From assembly GCA_025061865.1 (NCBI GenBank), contig JANXAA010000001.1, positions 1 through 31,018 on the forward strand: a DNA stretch of 31,018 nucleotides, read 5' to 3'. The notes under the pieces were generated by a model. It did not search any database. It worked only from the letters and a program-made list of their open reading frames with translations, and was not told where the DNA came from. The position numbers were made by a program, and so were the translations under genes. This DNA is from Acidobacteriota bacterium (GTDB lineage: Bacteria; Acidobacteriota; HRBIN11). Below are positions 8,467-18,030 of this stretch, one piece after another; position 1 is the first letter of the stretch, and each line of letters starts with the position of its first letter.

Positions 8467-9249
8467 ATGGAACGGGACGAACTCATGGTCATCGATATCG
8501 GTAACACCCAGACGAGCGTCGGATTCTGGAAAGAAGGGGCCATGGTCGATGCTTACCGATTCCAGTCAGACCGAGACCGCACAGCCGACGAGTGGGGTCT
8601 GTGGTTCCGATGGGTCCTCCACTGGAATCGAGGCGGCCCCGACCGTCTTCGGGGCGTCGCCCTGGCCAGTGTCGTCCCCCCGATGACGGACCGGGTCGTC
8701 CAGGCCTGCCAGAAGTACCTGGGCCAGACGCCCTTCGTCATCGAGCCGGGCATTCGGACGGGGATGCCTATCTTGTACGAGGACCCGAAGGCTGTCGGGG
8801 CCGACCGCATCGCCAACGCCGTGGCGGCCTTCCGGGAGCTAGGCGGCCCCTGTGTCGTCATCGACCTCGGGACAGCGACGACCTTCGACATCGTCAGTGA
8901 GCGGGGCGAGTACCTGGGCGGCGTCATCGCCCCGGGTATCGAGATCTCAGCGGATGCCCTCTTCCAACGGGCCGCCCGCTTGCCCCGGGTCGAGGTCCGA
9001 CGCCCGCCGGGCGTCATCGGCCGAAACACGCCCCATGCCATGCAAGCGGGCCTCTTTTACGGTTACGCCGGCCTGATCGAGCGGATCGCCCAAGAGATTC
9101 AAAGCGTCCTGGGCGAGGGCACCCAGTTTATCGCCACCGGCGGCCTGGCCCCCCTGCTGGCCGACACAAGTCCTTATATGCAGAGGGTCGACCTCCTGCT
9201 GACCCTCCGGGGTATCGCCTATCTGTATGAGATAAACCAACCGGCGTGA
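8467..9249 (+). CDS. coaX: type III pantothenate kinase
   Basis: [31 protein letters not shown]-x-x-AMQAG, ATGG. Alternative start GTG 8428. Confidence 0.95.
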   Translation: MERDELMVIDIGNTQTSVGFWKEGAMVDAYRFQSDRDRTADEWGLWFRWVLHWNRGGPDRLRGVALASVVPPMTDRVVQACQKYLGQTPFVIEPGIRTGMPILYEDPKAVGADRIANAVAAFRELGGPCVVIDLGTATTFDIVSERGEYLGGVIAPGIEISADALFQRAARLPRVEVRRPPGVIGRNTPHAMQAGLFYGYAGLIERIAQEIQSVLGEGTQFIATGGLAPLLADTSPYMQRVDLLLTLRGIAYLYEINQPA

Positions 9250-9254
9250 CGGCG

Positions 9255-9278
9255 GGCCGCCGGCATCTGCCGGCGGCC
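9255..9278. terminator. strong inverted repeat between convergent coaX and purH
   Basis: GGCCGCCGGCA-tc-TGCCGGCGGCC, perfect 11-bp arms, no U-tract. Confidence 0.5.
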
Positions 9279-9280
9279 GG

Positions 9281-10834
9281 TCAGTGGCGGAAATGGCGGA
9301 GACCTGTAAAGACCATCGCCATTCCGTGTTCGTCAGCCGCTTGGATGACCTCGTCGTCCCGGATCGAGCCCCCGGGTTGGACGACGGCCGTGACACCGGC
9401 CTGGGCTAGCTCGTCGACGCCGTCCCGGAAGGGGAAGAAGGCGTCGGACGCCGCCACGGCTGCCCGCAAGTCGGCTGCCGGAGCCTTCTGGACGGCGACT
9501 CGGACGGCATCGACGCGGCTGACCTGACCCCCACCGATGCCCACCGTCCGAAGGTCCCGGGCCAGGACGATGGCGTTACTCTTGACATGCTTGGCGACCC
9601 GCCAGGCGAAGGCCAGGTCCCGCCATTCGGCCTCCGACGGGGCTCGCTTCGTGACGACCCGCCACTGCTCGGGGTCCTCGACGGGCCAGTCGCCGTCCTG
9701 GACGAGGACGCCGCCCAAGACGGACCGGACCTCGACGGATCGGTCCGGCCGCCAGGGACCCGACAGCTCCAAGACTCGCAAGTTCTTCTTCCGAGCGAGG
9801 ACCTGAAGGGCCCCGTCCGTGTAGCCCGGGGCGATGACGCACTCCAGGAAGGTCTCGACGATGGCCTCGGCGGCCGCTTCATCGACGACGCCCCCGATGC
9901 CGGCGATGCCCCCAAAGGCGGCGACGGTGTCGGCGGCCCGAGCCCAGACGTAGGCGTCCCGGGCCGTGGCGGCGACGGCCACGCCGGACGGCGTGTTGTG
10001 CTTGATGACGACGGCGACGACGCCCTCAGCCTCCCCCTCGAAGTCGGCGACGACTCGGACGGCGGCGTCCAGGTCGAGAATATTGTTGTACGAAAGTTCC
10101 TTTCCCTGGAGCTGGCGGGCCCGATGGAGAGCGACCGGGGCCTCAGGCCGGACAGCGTACCAGTGGCCCCACTGGTGGGGATTTTCGCCGTAGCGGAGGG
10201 GCTGATGCCGGACGAGGGCCCAGGGCCACAGGACCGGCTCGGCCAAGCCCCGTTCTTGATAGAAACGGGCCGTGATGACGGCGTCGTAAACGGCCGTGTA
10301 GGCAAAAGCCTTGGCGGCCATAGCCCGCCGGAAAGACTCCGGCGGGGGCCACGTGCCCTGGCGGAGGACGTCCACGAGGGTCGGATAGTCGGTCGGCTCG
10401 ACGAGGACCGTCACCCATGGCCAGTTCTTGGCGGCCGCCCGGATGAGAGCCACGCCGCCGATGTCGACCCAGTCCATGAGTTGTTCGAGGGAAAGCCCGG
10501 CCTGGGCCCATGCCTCGAAGGGGTAGAGGTTCACGACGACGAGGTCGACCGGGGCCAGGCCGTATTGCCGAAGCTGGGCCTCGTCCTCGGGCCGGTCCCG
10601 ACGGGCTAGGATGCCCGCAAAGACAGCCGGATGGAGCGTCTTGACGCGACCGCCGAGGACCTCCGGAAAGCCGGTCACGTCCTCGACGCGCCGGACGTAG
10701 ATGTCCTGCGCCCGGAGAAGCTGGGCCGTCCCACTTGTAACAAGGATCTCGAAGCGATGGTCGGCCAACGCGCGGGCCAAGTCGGTCAAGCCCGTCTTGT
10801 CATACACGCTGATGAGAGCTCGACGGGATGCCAT
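9281..10834 (-). CDS. purH: bifunctional AICAR transformylase/IMP cyclohydrolase
   Basis: [66 protein letters not shown]-terminal RHFRH. Confidence 0.97.
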   Translation of the reverse strand: MASRRALISVYDKTGLTDLARALADHRFEILVTSGTAQLLRAQDIYVRRVEDVTGFPEVLGGRVKTLHPAVFAGILARRDRPEDEAQLRQYGLAPVDLVVVNLYPFEAWAQAGLSLEQLMDWVDIGGVALIRAAAKNWPWVTVLVEPTDYPTLVDVLRQGTWPPPESFRRAMAAKAFAYTAVYDAVITARFYQERGLAEPVLWPWALVRHQPLRYGENPHQWGHWYAVRPEAPVALHRARQLQGKELSYNNILDLDAAVRVVADFEGEAEGVVAVVIKHNTPSGVAVAATARDAYVWARAADTVAAFGGIAGIGGVVDEAAAEAIVETFLECVIAPGYTDGALQVLARKKNLRVLELSGPWRPDRSVEVRSVLGGVLVQDGDWPVEDPEQWRVVTKRAPSEAEWRDLAFAWRVAKHVKSNAIVLARDLRTVGIGGGQVSRVDAVRVAVQKAPAADLRAAVAASDAFFPFRDGVDELAQAGVTAVVQPGGSIRDDEVIQAADEHGMAMVFTGLRHFRH

Positions 10835-11008
10835 GACTGGGATAGGACCTCCATGGTCAGGCAGGTGTTAGTACCGGCTCGACAGCCGCCTCGACGCCGT
10901 GGACAAGCTTCCGAGCACTTTCTTTACCCAGGAGTCCTCCAAAGCTTCGTACACTTCGACCGAGAATCCCCTGGGCCCTCCCTCGAAGGTGTCGCCAAGT
11001 CTGGCGAT

Positions 11009-11037
11009 ATTTTGGGATCGTCGGCCCCCTTGTGCAA
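11009..11037 (-). promoter_or_regulatory. candidate purH promoter
   Basis: Minus strand TTGCAC-N17-CAAAAT, implying a leader of about 170 nt. Confidence 0.4.
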
Positions 11038-11322
11038 GCAATATGGTGGGAGGACGGAATGGATGGGTGGGCGAGTAGGCAGGCAGATGAGGGAATCCTT
11101 GGAATGCCCGCTGTCCGGCGAGCGCCCCCGGGCCTGGCGCTGCTCGTAATGGCCGCCGTAGGACGCTGGCCCGGCCCTGCGCCGACGTGGGCCTAAGCTT
11201 TACACGGTGGCGTCGTCCTGACATTTGGAAGAGTAGCGACCGTCATCTGCGGTGCCGTCAAGACATAGGACTATCCTTCTCCCCTTTCCCTACCTACCCG
11301 TCTGCCTATCTGCCCAAGACAA

Positions 11323-14061
11323 TTAAAATTCCTGGCCGATGGTTACGAACCAGTGGAAGCGCCTCTCTCCGGGGCGTCGGTCCAAGAGCCAAGCCAGGTC
11401 GACTCCCACGGGGCCGAAGGGGGCGATATATCGAAGGCCGAAGCCACCGGCTTTCCGGAAGTCAGACCACCGGAGGCTCGGATTCTCGAGGAATACGTTG
11501 CCAACGTCGAGGAACAGCACGAGGCCCCAGGACGGTCGCGGGTTGAACCGCTGTTCGACCGTCATCAGCCACAGGGCGTTGCCGCCCAGGGGCGGTCCCA
11601 GCGTGTTGAAGGCAAAGCCTCGGTGGGTACGGCTCCCGCCGGCAAAGAACCGCTGGCTCGGCGGGAGCAAGACGCGCTGGTCGGGCGGGAGCCGGGCGGG
11701 GGCTTCGAAACGGCGGCCCCAGCCAGCCCGTTGGGCGATAGCCAGGACCCAACCGGACGTCAGGGGAAGATAGACGTTCCACTGACCTGCCAGCTTCAGA
11801 AACGTCACGTCGGAACCCCAACTCCGCAGGCTGAACTCCCCGGTCACGCTCAGGAACTGGCCCTGGGTAGCGTTTAAGACCGAATCCCGGGTATCTCGGA
11901 GCCACCCAAGGGAGAGTTTCGTGAGTCGCAGGTTTTCAAACTCCCGGGCGATCAGCTCGATTTCCTCGGGGCTTAAGGTGGGAGCCAAATTCTCTAGACG
12001 GGTCTCACTGACCTCCCACTGGCCTGTCAGGAGAGACCGGGGCCCATACCGGTGGACCCCCTGAAGGAGGCCCCGGCTCTGGAAGAGGTCAAAGTTCGGT
12101 TGACGCTGGAAGCCTGTCTCGCCGGCGACCTGCCACTCGACGGGAAGGTCCCCCATGGAACGGCCCCCAAAGGAGCCCAGGACCCGCCAGTTGACGAAGC
12201 TGAAGCGGAACAGGGCATACAACCGGTACCCCCGACCCAGGAAATTGTTGTACTGCGCGTTCAGAATCCCCCGGATCCCGTCGTTTTCCTGATACCCCAG
12301 GCCATAGCTGAAACGGGTGGGCCGGGCCTCCCGAAGGATGACCAGCAGATTCTCCCGGTCGCCCATCTGTTGCGGAAGGGGCAGGGGAATCTCGACCCGT
12401 TCAAAGAGACCGAGGTCGTATAGGCGATTTTGAAAAGCTTCTAACTGGTCCGCCTGCAGGGGGGCCCCTTCTCGAAACGGTAGGAGACGATACAGGACGC
12501 CTGCCTGCGTGTGGTATAAGCCCCGGAAGATCACCCGGTCGACATACGTCGGCTCGCCCTCCAGGATGTAGAAGTCGACCCGCACGGTGTCGGGCTGGCC
12601 TGGGACAGACTCCACATGGGGCTCGACCTGGACCCGGAAGTAGCCGGCCTGGTAGTACTTCTGCCGGAGGACCTGGAGGCTCAAATCCAGCAGACGCCGC
12701 TCCAGGGCCTGACCTCGGCGCAAGGGGATGTAGGCCGCCAGTTCCTCATCGCTCCATACCGAGTTGCCCCAAAAGTCGACGTCTTGAACGTACCGCCGGG
12801 GGCCGATGTCACAGAGGATGCGAAGACGGGCGTTGCCCGGGTTTCCATACTCGGGAATGACTTGAAACTCGACGGGTTGATAGCCCCGCTCCTGAAGACT
12901 GACCTGAAAGCGGCGGAGCCACGTCTGGAACTGGTCGTAGACCCAGGGCGACCCAGGCCTCCAGAGTTGGACCTCTGAGTGGAGCTCCGCCGGCAGGCCC
13001 TCCCATTGGATCGAGGTGATACGGGCCATCGGGCCGGGTTCGACCCGAAACACGACGGCGACCGTCGTCGGCGTCTGTACCTGGACCGAACCCGTCACCT
13101 GCGCCTGCGGGTACGCGTGGGCCTGCAGGGTCCGCTGAAGCATGGCCCGCAGGACCTCCAGTAGGTCGTCGGACCAGGCCCGGGCGCTTCCGACCCAGTC
13201 GAGCCACTCCTGGACCCGTGGGACTCCCGGCGGCCAACCCACGACCTCGACCCGCACCCGGGGTCCGCACTGCCCGTCCAAGTGGACGACACCGTCCGAC
13301 CACGTGGCCTCCAAATAAGCCGTCCAGTACCCCTCCTGACGAACCCGTTGGACGACCCGTTGGACCGCCGACTGAAGGGCTGGGTTCCATCGTTCCGCCT
13401 TCCGGAGGACAGCCTCGACAGGGCCGCGTAGGGCCATACAAACGGGACCAGTCGACCAAGTCCAGCGCCGGACCCGTCGGGGCGTACCCTCGTCGACGTA
13501 AACCCGCAAGACACCGGTGCGGCGCTGGACATCGATTTCGTCAAAGTAGATGTCCACAGTCGGCGACTCAAACCCCGCCTCCTCATAGAAACGCCGAATG
13601 GCCTCTTTCCAGCGCTCGACCTGAGCCCGGTCGTAAGGGAGGTCCAGGGCAAAGTCCGTCATATGCTGTCGTAAGCGGCGAGGCGAAAAGGTCCGACTTG
13701 TGACGTAGAAGAAGCGCACATCTCCGATGCGGGCCGGGGCCACGCAGGTCATCGTCAGGTCCACGGCGGAAGGGCCTGCCCCCGCCCCGCCCGACTCTTG
13801 CGCCAGCCCCTCGACAGGCGACACCTGCGCCGAGACCTGCTCGCATAGACCGGTCAGGTACACGTTCTGAAGAGAGGCCGCCAGGGCTTCGTCCGTCAGG
13901 ACTTCCCCGGGACGGACGGCCAGCAGACGGTTGAAATCGTATGTCGTCCGAGGCCCCTCAAAGGTCCACCGCACTTGGCGGACGACCTGAGCGGCGACCC
14001 CGCCGGTTGCTACGACCCAGACGGCGACTCCCAGTCCTAACAGTCGGCCGCGTCGCCCCAC
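11323..14061 (-). CDS. Omp85 family (BamA/TamA-like) outer membrane protein with multiple POTRA domains (912 aa)
   Basis: GTG 14061 follows AAGGAG; signal-peptide-like GRRGRLLGLGVAVWVVATGGVAA; POTRA-like repeats (VQDVDFWGN, YYQAGY, VDRVIFRG...LYDLGLF); barrel with RFFAGGSRTHRGF, FLDVGNV, GFGLRYIAPFGPVGVDLA, terminal F. Confidence 0.88.
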   Translation of the reverse strand: MGRRGRLLGLGVAVWVVATGGVAAQVVRQVRWTFEGPRTTYDFNRLLAVRPGEVLTDEALAASLQNVYLTGLCEQVSAQVSPVEGLAQESGGAGAGPSAVDLTMTCVAPARIGDVRFFYVTSRTFSPRRLRQHMTDFALDLPYDRAQVERWKEAIRRFYEEAGFESPTVDIYFDEIDVQRRTGVLRVYVDEGTPRRVRRWTWSTGPVCMALRGPVEAVLRKAERWNPALQSAVQRVVQRVRQEGYWTAYLEATWSDGVVHLDGQCGPRVRVEVVGWPPGVPRVQEWLDWVGSARAWSDDLLEVLRAMLQRTLQAHAYPQAQVTGSVQVQTPTTVAVVFRVEPGPMARITSIQWEGLPAELHSEVQLWRPGSPWVYDQFQTWLRRFQVSLQERGYQPVEFQVIPEYGNPGNARLRILCDIGPRRYVQDVDFWGNSVWSDEELAAYIPLRRGQALERRLLDLSLQVLRQKYYQAGYFRVQVEPHVESVPGQPDTVRVDFYILEGEPTYVDRVIFRGLYHTQAGVLYRLLPFREGAPLQADQLEAFQNRLYDLGLFERVEIPLPLPQQMGDRENLLVILREARPTRFSYGLGYQENDGIRGILNAQYNNFLGRGYRLYALFRFSFVNWRVLGSFGGRSMGDLPVEWQVAGETGFQRQPNFDLFQSRGLLQGVHRYGPRSLLTGQWEVSETRLENLAPTLSPEEIELIAREFENLRLTKLSLGWLRDTRDSVLNATQGQFLSVTGEFSLRSWGSDVTFLKLAGQWNVYLPLTSGWVLAIAQRAGWGRRFEAPARLPPDQRVLLPPSQRFFAGGSRTHRGFAFNTLGPPLGGNALWLMTVEQRFNPRPSWGLVLFLDVGNVFLENPSLRWSDFRKAGGFGLRYIAPFGPVGVDLAWLLDRRPGERRFHWFVTIGQEF

Positions 14062-14322
14062 TCGATAGCTCCTTGAGGGAAAGGTCCCGGAGCCCAGGGA
14101 AGCCGGGGCTCGGGACCGGGTGTTTCGACGGTAATGAACCTGGATATGATATTTCGGCGGGCAGACCGCTATAATGCTCCGTCCTGGCAACGGTTCTTTC
14201 GGAACTCGGCCCGACGGTGGCCAAATCTTCACTCCTGCAAAACCGTCCGGAAAAGTCGAACGGACCCGGATTTTCACGGACCTAACGGCGCTGCTAAGAT
14301 CCGGGGACCTATACTTTTTCGC

Positions 14323-15669
14323 TTATTTCTCGCTCCCCACGATCAGGACTAGCAGGTCCATCACGTTCGTGTACGTCGGCCCCGTCTTCAGGAGGCTCCC
14401 GACTTGCGCCAGGTAGTGGTACGCATCGTTGTTCGCCAGGAAAGGCTCTGGATGAATCCCCGCCTGTCGGGCCCGGTGGACGTGCCAAGGGTCGACGAGA
14501 CCGCCGGCGGCGTCCGTCGGACCGTCGGTCCCGTCAGTCCCGGCGCTCAAGAATACGACAGGCTCGTTTTCCTGTAAGAGGACCCCGACGCGAGTCGCCA
14601 GCTCTTGGTTGCGGCCGCCCAAGCCCGAGCCCCGCACCTGAACAGTCGTCTCCCCGCCCATCAGGATGCAGGCCGGCGGTCGAACGGGCTGGCCGTACAT
14701 CTGGACCTGACGGGCCACGGCCCGAACCCATCGGGCCACTTCGACGACAGAACCCTCGAGGAAGCTCGTCAGGACCGCTACGTGGTAGCCCCGGGCCCGG
14801 GCCGCTTGCGCCGCCGCTTGAAGGGCAGTCTGATTGTCGCCGATGACCCACACACGGGAGCGGGCGAATCGGGGGTCGCCCGGCTTGGGTGTTTCCGGCC
14901 GCCGACCCGCCTGGCCCTCCGTCAGGTGCACTCGTACGGCGTCGGGGACGCAGTCCCAGACTTGAAGACGGTGGAGAACCTCGACAGCGTCGGCATATGT
15001 AGAGGGGTCTGGTACGGTCGGGCCGGACCCGATGACGGACAAGTCATTCCCTACGACGTCGCTGATAACGAGCGTCCACACCGGCACCGCCGGCGGGACC
15101 CACCGCAGGAGCTGGCCCCCCTTAACCTGGGAGAGATGCTTGCGGACGGCATTTAGCTCGTGGATCGTCGCCCCTGCTCGCAGGAGCAGGTCTGTCATGG
15201 CCTGCACGTCAGCCAAGCTCACACCCTCGACGGGAAGTTCCAAGAGGGCCGAGGCTCCGCCGCTGAGGAGGACGAATACGCCGTCACGGGTCTGAACGGC
15301 GGCCAACTGCCGACGGATTGCCCCGGCCGCTCCTACAGAGCGTTCGTCTGGGATAGGATGCCCCGCCTCCCAGACCTGAATCCGTCGAAGGTCCGCGCCG
15401 TAGCCTTCCTTCGAGACGACGATCCCACCGGCGATGCGATCGCCCAGGATCGCCTCCAAAGCCTGGGCCATCCGGGCCGACGCCTTCCCAGCGCCGACGA
15501 CCCACACCCGCTCGGGAAGCGGCCACGTCTGGGCACCGACCTGAAGACCGTCCCGGCGAAGTCGCACCCACCGCGACAGGCAGACTAAGGGATCGACGGC
15601 CTGCACGGCCGTCTGGAAACAACGGACAGCGTCCCTTCGCCAGCGTTCGATCAGGGCTTTTCGGACCAT
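14323..15669 (-). CDS. class II glycerate kinase (DUF4147 + MOFRL, TtuD-like)
   Basis: GAGKAS, EAGHPIPD, LSGGASAL, RKHLSQVKGG, SDVVGND...IGSGPT, GGETTV, GGRNQE, GTDGTDG, TGPTYTNVMD. Start re-assigned to ATG 15669. Confidence 0.92.
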   Translation of the reverse strand: MVRKALIERWRRDAVRCFQTAVQAVDPLVCLSRWVRLRRDGLQVGAQTWPLPERVWVVGAGKASARMAQALEAILGDRIAGGIVVSKEGYGADLRRIQVWEAGHPIPDERSVGAAGAIRRQLAAVQTRDGVFVLLSGGASALLELPVEGVSLADVQAMTDLLLRAGATIHELNAVRKHLSQVKGGQLLRWVPPAVPVWTLVISDVVGNDLSVIGSGPTVPDPSTYADAVEVLHRLQVWDCVPDAVRVHLTEGQAGRRPETPKPGDPRFARSRVWVIGDNQTALQAAAQAARARGYHVAVLTSFLEGSVVEVARWVRAVARQVQMYGQPVRPPACILMGGETTVQVRGSGLGGRNQELATRVGVLLQENEPVVFLSAGTDGTDGPTDAAGGLVDPWHVHRARQAGIHPEPFLANNDAYHYLAQVGSLLKTGPTYTNVMDLLVLIVGSEK

Positions 15670-15840
15670 AAGCCGTCCAAGTCCCGGACCTGACGACTCC
15701 GCCCCAGCGAGCGATGCGGGGATGGCACATCCCTGGAACCCAGGAGCTGGGACCCAAGACCGCATCCCCTACGTCCTGATGAAACCGCTCTAACAAGCGG
15801 GGCTAAGATCCCCCGGGGCCTACCTTATCCCCTATTCCCG

Positions 15841-16476
15841 CTACAGGGCCTGCAAGATGTGGCCCCGGCGGAGCCAGTATCGCCGCCAAAACCGCAAGTC
15901 AGCCGGCGTGTCCAGGTCCTGCCACCAGGGGACATCATCCGACGAAAAGGCCGACGGGTCCAGGACCTCACACCGGACGACTTGCCACCACTGCTGGAAA
16001 GAAGCCGACGGTCGGGGCTGTAGGGCCGTCGGGTGGACCCAGCCGACCGGGATAAACCACTGGCCGACCCGGAACACGTGGGCATCCCACCCACAAGCTG
16101 AGCCCCCGCAACGTCGGGCAACGTGTCCCAGGACATCCGACGGAAGCCAGGGCACGTCAGCGCTCAAGAACCACGCGTCCCGACCCCATCGTCGGAGGGC
16201 CATAGCAAGCGCTCGAGCGGGGCCGAGACCGGCCGCCGGGTCCAACCATTGGGGGCCGGGCCAGACCCACGTAGGGACGGGCCCCCCTAACAAGACCGGG
16301 TGCCAGTCCCGCCACCGGTCGAAGATCGCCCGTAGCAGGGGCTGCCCGTCGATCTCAAGGAACCGCTTATCGACACCGAGTCGACGGCTTTGACCGCCGG
16401 CCAGGACAAAGACCCCGAGGCCCCGGTCCGTATGCGCCCACCGGCCCCTAGCTCCAGGCGGTACGCTATCGGCCAT
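15841..16476 (-). CDS. mobA: molybdenum cofactor guanylyltransferase-like NTP transferase
   Basis: [22 protein letters not shown]-terminal [11 protein letters not shown] 16476 follows GAGG and overlaps the end of the HNH gene by 11 nt. The central region is divergent. Confidence 0.72.
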   Translation of the reverse strand: MADSVPPGARGRWAHTDRGLGVFVLAGGQSRRLGVDKRFLEIDGQPLLRAIFDRWRDWHPVLLGGPVPTWVWPGPQWLDPAAGLGPARALAMALRRWGRDAWFLSADVPWLPSDVLGHVARRCGGSACGWDAHVFRVGQWFIPVGWVHPTALQPRPSASFQQWWQVVRCEVLDPSAFSSDDVPWWQDLDTPADLRFWRRYWLRRGHILQAL

Positions 16477-17020
16477 GCATTTCCTCAAAGTAAATGTACT
16501 TTCGCCACTTTTCGTCCAATAAGCCCAGCCAGCGGAGGTAGAAGAAGAGTTGTTTCTTGGGGATCCGACGGGGGTCCAAACGGAGTTGCAAGCCCGCCTC
16601 CTCTGGGAGACGGTCCGCCTTATAGGTATTGCAGTTCGGGCATGCGATGGCCAGGTTGTCCCACCGGCTGGAACCGCCTCGAGAGCGGGGTACGATATGG
16701 TCCCAGGTGACCTCCTCGGGGCGCAGCGGCCGCTCACAGTACTGGCAACGTAGACGGGGATAGTGCTGGAGGAGACGCCGGTAGAAGTAGCTCCGCTGGG
16801 CATGGTGAGGCACGTACCGCCTTAAGCGGATCACAGACGGGACGGCATAGGAACGGGACGGCGTCCGGATCTCCCCGGCGCCGACTTCCTCGACAGTCGC
16901 CCGCTCCTTCCAAATCAGGACTAAGGCCCGCCGGACGCTGGTCACATGGATGGGTTCATAGGAGAGGTTCAAGACCAGCACGGGCCGTCGCCAGACCGGT
17001 TGACGATCGAGGATAGACAC
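16466..17020 (-). CDS. HNH endonuclease (McrA-like, Zn-binding)
   Basis: [53 protein letters not shown]. Start estimated at GTG 17020. Confidence 0.9.
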   Translation of the reverse strand: MSILDRQPVWRRPVLVLNLSYEPIHVTSVRRALVLIWKERATVEEVGAGEIRTPSRSYAVPSVIRLRRYVPHHAQRSYFYRRLLQHYPRLRCQYCERPLRPEEVTWDHIVPRSRGGSSRWDNLAIACPNCNTYKADRLPEEAGLQLRLDPRRIPKKQLFFYLRWLGLLDEKWRKYIYFEEMHGR

Positions 17021-17222
17021 GTCTATCGCCGAAGGCTGGACTTCTGAGGCTGGGTCCCGGGGGCGTCGATAGGCCCCTGGCCCCAAGCACCCGACTTTAT
17101 CGATGACATTCTATGAAATAATGGTGCCCCCTATTGCGTCGGTCAAGTCTGAGGAAGGGGCGATTCAGTAACCTCGGCCGTCGCTTCCCCTCCCCGGGGA
17201 CTGGACGGTACGGTTGGCAAAC

Positions 17223-17250
17223 TTGACGTTTCGTTTTAATTCACTATACT
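17223..17250 (+). promoter_or_regulatory. sigma70 promoter of the TetR-RND operon
   Basis: TTGACG-N16-TATACT in an AT-rich patch, 64 nt upstream of the TetR ATG. Confidence 0.7.
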
Positions 17251-17313
17251 AAGGCGTCTAATTCTGGGAGGGGGTGGAAGTCTGCTGGATGGAGTCCCGG
17301 AGGAGACCGGACG

Positions 17314-18030
17314 ATGAAGCTGAGTCGTGCCTTTTTCCGGTTTTGGGTCCAGGAGGACCGGCTCGACGTGGCGACCGATATCGACGGATGGCGTCGATGG
17401 ATCCGCAAGTACACCATCTTAGAGGCCGCTCGGCGGGTCTTAAATCGTCATGGATTGGAGGGCTTGACGGTCGACGCCATCGCTCGGGAGGCCGGTATCA
17501 CGAAGGCGACGGTCTATGCGTATTTTACGAGCCGGGACGAACTCCTCTTCGAGACGGTGCGCTATGTCATGAAGCGATTCCGCTACGGCTGGCTCCGAGC
17601 CGTCCGGCGGGGCCGGTCGACGCGGCAGAAGCTCTTGCGGGCCTTCCGCTATTACCTGCACCATGTGGAAGCCAATCGGTCGGTCTTTGAGGTCCTGTAC
17701 CGGGGCTTACTTTTTACGACGGAGGCCTCCCGGTCGGCCTGCAAGGCCATGATCCATGAGGAACTCAATCATTACCATAGTCACTTGAAGGAACTCATCC
17801 AGCAGGGTATCACCGAGGGTTGGATCCGACCAGTCGTCCCCGACGAGGCGGCCTTCTTTGTCTTACATCTCCTGCATGGGGCCATCATGCGACGGATTTA
17901 TGTCGGGGCCGACCTGTCCGTCCGGGACCACGCCCGCACGCTCTTGAGCTTCTGCCTCCGAGGCTTGATGAATCCATCCGTTCGTCCAGCCCCTGGCCCT
18001 CGAGCGTCAGTCCGGGAGGAACGGCGATGA
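17314..18030 (+). CDS. TetR/AcrR family transcriptional regulator
   Basis: HTH ILEAARRVLNRHGLEGLTVDAIAREAGITKATVYAYFTSRDELL; GGAGGAG upstream. Confidence 0.93.
   Translation: MKLSRAFFRFWVQEDRLDVATDIDGWRRWIRKYTILEAARRVLNRHGLEGLTVDAIAREAGITKATVYAYFTSRDELLFETVRYVMKRFRYGWLRAVRRGRSTRQKLLRAFRYYLHHVEANRSVFEVLYRGLLFTTEASRSACKAMIHEELNHYHSHLKELIQQGITEGWIRPVVPDEAAFFVLHLLHGAIMRRIYVGADLSVRDHARTLLSFCLRGLMNPSVRPAPGPRASVREERR

Noticed and set aside
11116-11184. SRP (4.5S) RNA
   Set aside because: A long hairpin with AGCAGC is present, but the CAGG...GNRA domain IV core is missing.
10868-11224. 118-aa ORF upstream of purH
   Set aside because: No RBS or motif and mostly low-complexity; only the last 30 aa look protein-like.
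10835-11322. ZTP (pfl), purine or PRPP riboswitch upstream of purH
   Set aside because: The conserved sequence blocks were not found on the minus strand.
15777-15810. hammerhead ribozyme (CTGATGA followed by a stem)
   Set aside because: The required GAAA after stem II is absent.
3048-17250. 16-bp spacer as a lineage-specific promoter feature (3048-3075 and 17223-17250)
   Set aside because: Only two cases, three other candidates have 17 bp, and 16 bp is within the normal range.
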